DNA of 30,145 nt from a virus. The number at the start of each line of letters is the position of its first letter. The stretch's first letter is position 1. Of this stretch, positions 1-5,717 are shown piece after piece. The notes below the pieces were generated by a model that saw nothing but the letters and a program-made list of their open reading frames with translations, was not told where the DNA came from and did no database searches. Location: IMG/VR virus record IMGVR_UViG_3300031578_000247, positions 1-30,145 of that record. One strand, written 5' to 3'. The translations under genes were made by a program, and so were the position numbers.

Positions 1-127
1 ATATACACGAAAATAGTTCACGTAACGACGTTAGAGAATGCGTAAGCCACAATAGTAAACAAGGTTATTCAGTTAAACAAACCCAACTACATTTAATGCT
101 TACTGGTACTTACAAAGAAGAATACGG
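1..127. repeat. Terminal direct overlap of the contig: nt 1-127 are identical to nt 30019-30145 (unit genome about 30,018 bp)
   Basis: Read directly: atatacacgaaaatagttcacg...caaagaagaatacgg is present at both window ends, and an ORF reads straight through the junction. 127 nt equals the largest default k-mer of common de Bruijn assemblers, so an assembly overlap is more likely than a physical terminal repeat. Confidence 0.9.
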
Positions 128-263
128 AGAAGGCGCGTTCGGTTGGCACGTTGAACGTGGAGCGCCCCCGAAGCCATTAGGCGGTAGAATATTGAAAATA
201 GAGTGCAAAGAAGTTGATAACTCATTAGTCAAGAATGTAGATTCTTTTAAGTTTCCGTTGTAA
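1..263 (+). CDS. 3' end of the calcineurin-like metallophosphoesterase gene that starts at 29415 and wraps around the contig junction (codon phase starts at nt 3; stop TAA at 261-263)
   Basis: The frame continues from 29415..30145 through the 127-nt overlap. The translation ...IHENSSRNDVRECVSHNSKQGYSVKQTQLHLMLTGTYKEEYGEGAFGWHVERGAPPKPLGGRILKIECKEVDNSLVKNVDSFKFPL* carries the GHxH motif (MGHIHE) at the junction. It is absent from the ORF track because neither fragment has both a start and a stop. Confidence 0.8.
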   Translation, partial: IHENSSRNDVRECVSHNSKQGYSVKQTQLHLMLTGTYKEEYGEGAFGWHVERGAPPKPLGGRILKIECKEVDNSLVKNVDSFKFPL

Positions 264-282
264 TTTAGCGACATAGCGTTTA

Positions 283-309
283 GGGGGGGTAGAAATATCC
301 CCTTTTTTT
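283..309 (+). terminator. Rho-independent terminator closing the late/lysis operon
   Basis: A G-run (283-289), loop tagaaatat and CCCC (299-302) are followed by T7 (303-309), 20 nt after the stop at 263. Confidence 0.7.
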
Positions 310-364
310 ATGCTTATTTCCTTATTTTTAAGCGTTTTTAACCTTTGTTAAGTGTTTTTCCTTA

Positions 365-381
365 TTTAGAATAATTCTAAA
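365..381. promoter_or_regulatory. 17-bp perfect palindrome TTTAGAAT-A-ATTCTAAA upstream of early promoter 1 (candidate operator or activator site)
   Basis: The 8-bp arms are exact reverse complements. Its 5' 12-mer TTTAGAATAATT recurs at 6197-6208 at a similar distance (about 40 bp) upstream of the -33 element of early promoter 2. Confidence 0.45.
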
Positions 382-414
382 TTTGTAGAAAAGTGAAAAA
401 AAATTGTTAAAAAG

Positions 415-446
415 TTTGGTACATTGAAACTTAGTATTTATATTTG
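415..446 (+). promoter_or_regulatory. Early promoter 1, Bacteroidota sigma-A type (-33 TTTG at 415-418; -7 TAtaTTTG at 439-446)
   Basis: Matches the TTTG / TAnnTTTG consensus with a 20-nt spacer. It lies after a terminator and before the first gene. The extended -7 TATATTTGYGTATA is shared with promoter 2. Confidence 0.65.
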
Positions 447-482
447 CGTATAGTTATTCACTAAACAATTAAAAAAAACGCT

Positions 483-674
483 ATGAAAACACTTAAAGAA
501 TTTACAATTTGGACTCCGAATAAATTCGGAATTGGTTGCTTTACTATTAAAGCCAAAGATTTTACGGACGCTTTTATTAGATTAGGTAAAAAAGACAAAA
601 TGAAAGATGGTTGGATTACTGACGAAGATGGAGAATGTATAACCTTTAACGCTATTTTAGGAATAGAAGAATAA
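483..674 (+). CDS. Early leader protein, 63 aa, hypothetical
   Basis: ORF track. First ORF after promoter 1, with start context AACGCTATGAAAAC. The motif FGIGCFT..DFTDAFIRLG weakly resembles YGTGKVT..LKECLIELQG in the leader gene of cassette 2 (6296-6613). Confidence 0.7.
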   Translation: MKTLKEFTIWTPNKFGIGCFTIKAKDFTDAFIRLGKKDKMKDGWITDEDGECITFNAILGIEE

Positions 675-675
675 C

Positions 676-710
676 AACAAAACAAGGGGTGCGACTTGGT
701 AACGCACATT
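676..710 (+). promoter_or_regulatory. Copy 1 of an identical 35-nt element AACAAAACAAGGGGTGCGACTTGGTAACGCACATT with hairpin GTGCG-N9-CGCAC (nut/put-like candidate)
   Basis: 100% identical to 6612-6646. It begins right after the stop of the leader ORF, has a 5-bp stem (689-693 / 703-707) with a 9-nt loop, and has no U-tract after it. Confidence 0.5.
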
Positions 711-723
711 TAATTAAAACGCT

Positions 724-888
724 ATGGAAACAATTATTAAAGCCTACGAACAAGAGTTAAAAGAGAACTACGAAGAACTGCGAGACGCGTTCGGAGTATT
801 AGACGAAGCAACTCAAAAAGCCTTCCGCGAATGGATGGTTATGGAAGAATTATTAACCCGATTAAACTTGAACGATGAAACTATTTAA
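724..888 (+). CDS. Small hypothetical protein, 54 aa (METIIKAYEQELKENYEELRDAFGVLDEATQKAFREWMVMEELLTRLNLNDETI)
   Basis: Hand-translated; below the ORF-track size cutoff. It has the start context AACGCTATGGAAAC shared with three other early genes, fills an otherwise empty gap, and looks like a helical acidic protein. Confidence 0.6.
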   Translation: METIIKAYEQELKENYEELRDAFGVLDEATQKAFREWMVMEELLTRLNLNDETI

Positions 889-1012
889 GAACCTATTCAA
901 AGACTTGGACAACGAAGGTAAAATGATGCTCAACACTTTTGTAGAATTTATAACCTTAGTTGGCTTATTTACCGTGTCCCTTTTATTAATTGCTTATTTT
1001 ATTATCTTATGA
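875..1012 (+). CDS. Small membrane protein, 45 aa (MKLFKNLFKDLDNEGKMMLNTFVEFITLVGLFTVSLLLIAYFIIL)
   Basis: Hand-translated. It has a C-terminal hydrophobic helix, and its stop overlaps the next start as ATGA at 1009-1012. Confidence 0.55.
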   Translation: MKLFKNLFKDLDNEGKMMLNTFVEFITLVGLFTVSLLLIAYFIIL

Positions 1013-1320
1013 ACTTAGAAATCCACTACCCGATCGCGTACTTTTACGCAGAAACCTACGAAGGAGAATGTACCTTCGAACTATCCGTAGACGAAGACAA
1101 CGACTTAAACGTAACTATTTGCACGGTGGTAGCCTACCGAACCGACTTGGAAATCGAATTAGAACACGTACTAACGGATTACGAACTACAATTAATCGCA
1201 ACCGAGATTTACGACGACTTGTTGAACTCCGATTTACACGACGAAGTAACCCAACAAGAATACAACAACAAAATACAAATAGCTTATGACAACGGAAAGA
1301 ACTCAAGACGTACAATATAA
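1009..1320 (+). CDS. Strongly acidic early protein, 103 aa, hypothetical
   Basis: ORF track. D/E-rich (for example SVDEDNDL, DLEIELEH, DDLLNSDLHDE). The alternative frame 990-1289 is an Arg-rich shadow. Confidence 0.75.
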   Translation: MNLEIHYPIAYFYAETYEGECTFELSVDEDNDLNVTICTVVAYRTDLEIELEHVLTDYELQLIATEIYDDLLNSDLHDEVTQQEYNNKIQIAYDNGKNSRRTI

Positions 1321-1522
1321 CTTACCAGTGCAGATAAAATGGTGGCTAAACGGCGAAGGTTGGCTACATAGAAACGGACACTTTAACTTTAATCACTATT
1401 GTAATGTAGTACACGCGAAATATGAAAAAATACGAAATAAAACATTATTACCAACAACGACCGAACTCCCGAAGAAGGGTAAAAATATCCGTTGTCGAAG
1501 CGTATTCCCCACACCACGCTAA
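1286..1522 (+). CDS. Hypothetical protein, 78 aa; boundaries uncertain (conflicts with 1422-1574)
   Basis: ORF track. The N-terminal two thirds look protein-like (WWLNGEGWLHRNGHFNFNHYCNVVHAKYEK) but the C-terminal tail looks less so. It overlaps the previous gene by 35 nt. Confidence 0.4.
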   Translation: MTTERTQDVQYNLPVQIKWWLNGEGWLHRNGHFNFNHYCNVVHAKYEKIRNKTLLPTTTELPKKGKNIRCRSVFPTPR

Positions 1523-1574
1523 ATTAGTTTTAGATATTTGGGAAGGATTAATAATTAACATTAAAGAGATATGA
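1422..1574 (+). CDS. Hypothetical protein, 50 aa (MKKYEIKHYYQQRPNSRRRVKISVVEAYSPHHAKLVLDIWEGLIINIKEI)
   Basis: Hand-translated. It ends in an ATGA overlap with the start at 1571, the coupling pattern used throughout this genome. It lies in the +1 frame relative to 1286-1522. Confidence 0.45.
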   Translation: MKKYEIKHYYQQRPNSRRRVKISVVEAYSPHHAKLVLDIWEGLIINIKEI

Positions 1575-1807
1575 CTGCAAAACAAAAAGCCGAAGAACTT
1601 TTAGCAAACTTTGGGGATATAGACCATTTAGGTGTTATAGGAGATTTTATGGGAAATTGGCAATGGAGTTCGTCTTTATGGAGACGACAAGCAAAAGAAG
1701 CCGCGTTAATTTGCGTAGATGAAATTTTAGAAACAATTTCCGAGTATCACTTGCAAGCGGAATGGTGGCAAGAAGTTAAACAAGAAATAAAAAAGATATG
1801 CAATTAA
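1571..1807 (+). CDS. Hypothetical protein, 78 aa
   Basis: ORF track; Trp-rich helical protein; coupled to neighbours. Confidence 0.75.
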   Translation: MTAKQKAEELLANFGDIDHLGVIGDFMGNWQWSSSLWRRQAKEAALICVDEILETISEYHLQAEWWQEVKQEIKKICN

Positions 1808-2205
1808 AGAACAAATTTACCACACTAATCGAAGACAACGACCTACGCAAACGTAGCCGAAAGCGGAAGTATGTAAACCAACGGGGATACCTAATTAAGT
1901 TAATGCGCCAGTACGGATTTAGCTACATAGAGATAGGCGAAATGTTAGGGCTTAACCACGCTACGTGCATACACGCGTTTAACAACGCCAACTTGTGGGA
2001 ATCAATAAACGATCGCCACTTTTACAACGATACGGAACACTTACGCGCCGCGATGAATAACTTTAAGGTTAATAGAACGATGCACGATTTATACTTAGAC
2101 GTTAAAACTGCGGGGGGCTTAAAAGACCTTGAACACATACAAGAACGAATAAGACGCGGGGAATATCAACTAACTTTTCAACACGATGAACAAATATTGA
2201 ATTAA
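1798..2205 (+). CDS. HTH DNA-binding protein resembling DnaA domain IV
   Basis: The segment RKYVNQRGYLIKLMRQYGFSYIEIGEMLGLNHATCIHAFNN resembles the DnaA C-terminal helix-turn-helix signature (…S..IG..fg.dHsTV.HA). Confidence 0.5.
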   Translation: MQLKNKFTTLIEDNDLRKRSRKRKYVNQRGYLIKLMRQYGFSYIEIGEMLGLNHATCIHAFNNANLWESINDRHFYNDTEHLRAAMNNFKVNRTMHDLYLDVKTAGGLKDLEHIQERIRRGEYQLTFQHDEQILN

Positions 2206-2223
2206 TTAGTTATCTTTGTGAAC

Positions 2224-2312
2224 GGCTTCCTTCGACATTATAAAGCCTAAAGATGTTATTAACCCTGTTAATGAAGTAGAGGTCGAAGGCTACGGATTTA
2301 ATGGGGTTTTTT
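2224..2312 (+). other. Structured intergenic region: nested inverted repeats ending in GGGG-T6
   Basis: CCTTCGAC (2229-2236) pairs with GTCGAAGG (2282-2289). This encloses ATTAAC-CCT-GTTAAT (2258-2272) and GTAG..CTAC (2276-2293). AACCC (2261-2265) can pair with GGGTT (2304-2308), followed by a T-run to 2312. A possible -7-like box TAtcTTTG lies at 2211-2218. Confidence 0.35.
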
Positions 2313-2332
2313 ATTGCTTAAAATTTAGACCA

Positions 2333-2953
2333 ATGGCAAAAGAAAAAAACGGGTTTGTATTGTACTGCGATGTCATACATACCGCTGAAAAACTAACCGA
2401 CGAACAAGCGGGTAAATTGTTCAAACATATTTTACGCTACGTTAACGACCAAAACCCCGAATGCGATTTTGTTACCGAGATAGCCTTTGAACCAATTAAG
2501 CAAACGCTTAAACGGGATTTAGTTAAGTACGAAAACAAGCGAGCGCAAAATAAAGAGAACGCACTAAAGCGATGGAATGCGAACGCATCCGAACGCATAC
2601 AAACCGATGCGAAAGATGCCGTAAGAGTAAGTGTAAGTGATAGTGTAAGAGTAAGAGATATAAATACTATACCTTCTTGCGAAGAGTTTATAGCTTATGC
2701 TTTGAGTAAAGAACCAACCGCAGATAAAAACGAACTACGATTAAAGTACGAAAGTTGGAAGGTTAATGATTGGTCAACTAATGTAAAAGGTAAGAACAAA
2801 AAAATTCTAAATTGGAAATCAACTATTTTGAACACGTTACCTTATATTCGCAAAATTAACCCGAATGATATTTCGGACGATTTACAGCAAACGGCTAACA
2901 TACTGGCGAAGTTAAATTACATAGATACTAAAGATTACAAAAATGCTGACTAA
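2333..2953 (+). CDS. Putative replication initiation / replisome-organizer-like protein
   Basis: The N-terminus GFVLYCDVIHTAEKLTDEQAGKLFKHILRYVND resembles N-terminal domains of phage replisome organizers of Bacteroidota and Firmicutes phages. It sits directly upstream of a DnaB-like helicase and contains iteron-like repeats. Confidence 0.45.
   Translation: MAKEKNGFVLYCDVIHTAEKLTDEQAGKLFKHILRYVNDQNPECDFVTEIAFEPIKQTLKRDLVKYENKRAQNKENALKRWNANASERIQTDAKDAVRVSVSDSVRVRDINTIPSCEEFIAYALSKEPTADKNELRLKYESWKVNDWSTNVKGKNKKILNWKSTILNTLPYIRKINPNDISDDLQQTANILAKLNYIDTKDYKNAD
2577..2657. repeat. Iteron-like repeat cluster inside the organizer gene (candidate origin of replication)
   Basis: ATGCGAA occurs twice (2577, 2607) and GAACGCAT twice, 10 bp apart (2581, 2591). 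There is a palindrome ATGCGAACGCAT. GTAAG occurs five times within 34 bp (2621, 2627, 2633, 2644, 2650), including GTAAGAGTAAG twice. An AT-rich tract follows. Confidence 0.45.
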
Positions 2954-3824
2954 ACAAGGGGATTCATTACAATACTTACTTGACTACAAAGAAGGTAAGA
3001 TTAAACGCGGCTTAAAAATAGATTGCCCGTTAGACGAATACTTACGCTTCAAACCTAAACAACTAAACATTATTTTAGGACACGACAACGTAGGTAAAAC
3101 GTATTGGGTATTTTGGTATTTCCTTGTTCTCGCACTTAAACACGGACTTAAATTCTGCATATGGTCGGGAGAAAATCAAAAGGGACAAATTCTTAGAGAC
3201 CTTATTCAAATGTATTCGGGCGAACCTTTTAAGAATCTAACTATTAATCAAATTCAAAGCTATTCCGCTTACCTTGAACAATTTTTTTACTTCGTGGATA
3301 ATAGCAAACTTTACAAGCCGTTGGAACTTTTGGAAATCTTCGCTAAGTCCAAATGCGAGGTAGGATTAATTGACCCGTTCACTGGGTTAGATCGCGAAAT
3401 GACCTACGAGGGAAATTATACTTTTATGAACAAGGCGCGGGAATTCGTAAACAAAACGGGTATGACTATCTACATAAACACGCACCCAAATACCGAAAGT
3501 GGACGAAGCGCCAACCTATACACCGATGGAGACTTTAAGGGACACTTAAAGCCACCACTTAAAGACCACATAGAAGGCGGGAAGGCTTTTCTAAACCGAT
3601 GCGACGATATGTTTGTAATACACCGACTAATTAAGCACGAATCAATGAAGTATAACACAATGATAGGAGTTGAAAAAATTAAGGATATGGAAACGGGCGG
3701 GAAGCATACTGGTATAAACGACCAAATTTTATGTAATTTTAACTCGGGATTAGGCTTCGAAGTTTACGGAATCAACCCGTTAAAAGATATGAGAACACCA
3801 AAGAAAAATAATATACCTTTTTAG
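2943..3824 (+). CDS. DnaB-family (RecA-fold) replicative helicase, C-terminal ATPase domain type
   Basis: Walker A GHDNVGKT; the following SGENQKGQILRDLIQMYSG resembles the DnaB_C S-x-E-M...ql..Rl motif; Walker B-like VGLIDPFTGLD. Confidence 0.65.
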   Translation: MLTKQGDSLQYLLDYKEGKIKRGLKIDCPLDEYLRFKPKQLNIILGHDNVGKTYWVFWYFLVLALKHGLKFCIWSGENQKGQILRDLIQMYSGEPFKNLTINQIQSYSAYLEQFFYFVDNSKLYKPLELLEIFAKSKCEVGLIDPFTGLDREMTYEGNYTFMNKAREFVNKTGMTIYINTHPNTESGRSANLYTDGDFKGHLKPPLKDHIEGGKAFLNRCDDMFVIHRLIKHESMKYNTMIGVEKIKDMETGGKHTGINDQILCNFNSGLGFEVYGINPLKDMRTPKKNNIPF

Positions 3825-3826
3825 TT

Positions 3827-4114
3827 ATGGACGATTATACAATACTACGAAGCCAAGTTTTATTAGGGTTTACCTACGTAAAGATTCAAAGTAGTTTAGA
3901 CGAAATAAAGACGAAGCACCCAAATAGAACGGACTTAATTAATTCAATGGAAGAAACGTTAGAACACATTCAAGAAGTTAAGTTATCGTGGAATCAGTTT
4001 GAACAAGAATTTAGAGCGATGCGCCAAAACGGATACCGAACCGATTTAATTAACTTGGATTTACGAGAGGAAAACAATAGGCTCAAAGCCGAACTAAACG
4101 CTATAAAATTTTAG
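3827..4114 (+). CDS. Hypothetical coiled-coil protein, 95 aa (internal RTDLIN repeat)
   Basis: ORF track; NRTDLINSMEE and YRTDLINLDLREE are repeated. Confidence 0.75.
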   Translation: MDDYTILRSQVLLGFTYVKIQSSLDEIKTKHPNRTDLINSMEETLEHIQEVKLSWNQFEQEFRAMRQNGYRTDLINLDLREENNRLKAELNAIKF

Positions 4115-4116
4115 AT

Positions 4117-5196
4117 ATGTTAAAAGTAGGAAGCGACTTTTCGGGGGTTGGTGCATTTAATCAAGCCTTAATAAGATTAGGAAAACAATATAAAGAAGTT
4201 TTTGCGTGTGATATGGATAAATACGCACGACAAACATTTATAGAAAATTACGGAGAGCCAGAATACTATCCGACAAATGTTTACGATCGTAAAATACCTA
4301 TAGATAGTTTAGATATTTATATGACTTCTCCACCTTGTCAAGCATTTTCGTTAGCGGGAAAACGATTAGGAAAAGACGATAAACGCGGAATTTTATTCTT
4401 TAATTCTTACGAGTTTATTCAAGTAAACAAACCACGTTTTTTTATATTTGAAAATGTTAAGGGATTACTTTCGGACGATAACGGTAAGACCTTTAGTGAA
4501 TGGGTAAATATGTTAGGTGGTAAATCAGTTAACGGAGTACCAGTATTATTCCCTTACGAAGAATCCGTTCCTTATCATTTATATTGGAAAGTTCTAAACG
4601 CAAAAGAACACGGAGTACCACAAAACCGAGAACGTGTGTTTTTAATTGGTATTCGAGACGATTCGGATAATAAGTTTCAATTTCCAAAAGAAGAACATTT
4701 AACAAAACGTCTTAAAGACGTATTAGAAGAAAACGTAGAAGAAAAGTATTTTTTAAGCGAAAAAATGATTTCTCATTTAAATAATTACGAAAGGAGCGTT
4801 CCTTTTATTAATGAAAATACAATAAATGTAAAAACGATAACTTCCAACTATTCAAAACAAAGTAGCGATTTACAATATTTAAAAATTAAAAGCGCAACCG
4901 CCAAAGGTTACGAAGAAGCAACCGAAGGAGATTCAATAAATTTTAGTGTATTAAATAGTGAAACAAGAAGGGGAAGGGTAGGTAAACAAGTAGCACAAAC
5001 GTTAGATACTGCGTGCAATCAAGGGGTAATAAATAATTTTCAAATAAGACGTTTAACACCCCGTGAATGTTTTCGATTAATGGACTTCCCAAATACCTTT
5101 ACTTGGCCTGTATCGGATTCACAAGCATACAAACAAGCGGGTAATTCAATAGTAGTAAACGTTCTTTACAAAATACTAAAAAATTTGCCGTTATGA
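4117..5196 (+). CDS. dcm: DNA (cytosine-5)-methyltransferase
   Basis: All canonical C5-MTase motifs are present: I DFSGVGAF, IV PPCQAFS, VI FENVKGL, VIII QNRERVF, IX RRLTPRECFRLMDFP, X GNSIVVNV. Confidence 0.95.
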   Translation: MLKVGSDFSGVGAFNQALIRLGKQYKEVFACDMDKYARQTFIENYGEPEYYPTNVYDRKIPIDSLDIYMTSPPCQAFSLAGKRLGKDDKRGILFFNSYEFIQVNKPRFFIFENVKGLLSDDNGKTFSEWVNMLGGKSVNGVPVLFPYEESVPYHLYWKVLNAKEHGVPQNRERVFLIGIRDDSDNKFQFPKEEHLTKRLKDVLEENVEEKYFLSEKMISHLNNYERSVPFINENTINVKTITSNYSKQSSDLQYLKIKSATAKGYEEATEGDSINFSVLNSETRRGRVGKQVAQTLDTACNQGVINNFQIRRLTPRECFRLMDFPNTFTWPVSDSQAYKQAGNSIVVNVLYKILKNLPL

Positions 5197-5717
5197 GGTG
5201 CAAAAACTGCAAAGCCGTATTTACCCCCGTTAAGTTTAATCAAAAATATTGCTTAGAATCCGATTGCGTTCGTGTTTGGGTAGAATCGGAAAAGGAAAAG
5301 CAATGGAAGAAGAAGAAGAAACAATTAAAAGACGAACTCCAAACCTTACCCGAGTTACTTAAATTAGCTCAAATAACGTTTAACAAGTACATACGACTAA
5401 GGGATAAAGATAAACCTTGTGTAAGTTGTGAAAAGCCGTTAGGAGCGAAATATGACGCGGGACACTATTTTAGTATGGGTGGACACAAAGCCGTAACATT
5501 TGACGAAGACAACGTACACGCTCAATGCGTAACGTGCAACCAGTACAAACACGGAAACTTATTGAATTACCAAATAGGAATACAACAAAGAATAGGAGCA
5601 GATAGGTTATTAGAATTACATTCCCGCGCTCACGATGTCAAGAAGTGGACAAAAGACGAACTAAACGAAATTATTAAACGCTATAAACAAAAGATAAATG
5701 ATTTCCAACAAGGCTAA
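5193..5717 (+). CDS. ninG: NinG/Rap-family recombination protein
   Basis: N-terminal CKNC..YC..DC zinc ribbon, then FNKYIRLRDKDKPCVSCEK...AGHYFS....VTFDEDNVHAQCVTCNQYKHGN, which matches the lambda NinG family pattern. ATGA overlap with the methyltransferase gene. Confidence 0.85.
   Translation: MRCKNCKAVFTPVKFNQKYCLESDCVRVWVESEKEKQWKKKKKQLKDELQTLPELLKLAQITFNKYIRLRDKDKPCVSCEKPLGAKYDAGHYFSMGGHKAVTFDEDNVHAQCVTCNQYKHGNLLNYQIGIQQRIGADRLLELHSRAHDVKKWTKDELNEIIKRYKQKINDFQQG

Noticed and set aside
1-127. A biological direct terminal repeat (T7-like DTR)
   Set aside because: The duplication lies inside a coding sequence, is exactly 127 nt (an assembler k-mer size), and ends exactly at the window edges. 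This cannot be fully excluded without read-level data.
990-1289. 99-aa Arg-rich + strand ORF overlapping 1009-1320
   Set aside because: Its composition (RRNLRRRMYLRTIRRRRQRLKR) is typical of an off-frame reading of an acidic GAA/GAC-rich gene. The 1009 frame has the ATGA coupling to the upstream ORF.
2224-2300. A possible tRNA or tRNA-like gene in the structured intergenic region
   Set aside because: There is no 7-bp acceptor stem and no GTTCRANYC T-loop. The candidate anticodon loop ACCCTGT lacks the universal U33. The stem lengths (8 bp enclosing 45 nt) do not fit a cloverleaf.
2621-2657. GTAAG repeat array as a possible CRISPR or minisatellite
   Set aside because: The units are only 5-11 bp with no spacers of CRISPR size, and they lie inside a coding region. 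An iteron or origin interpretation fits better.
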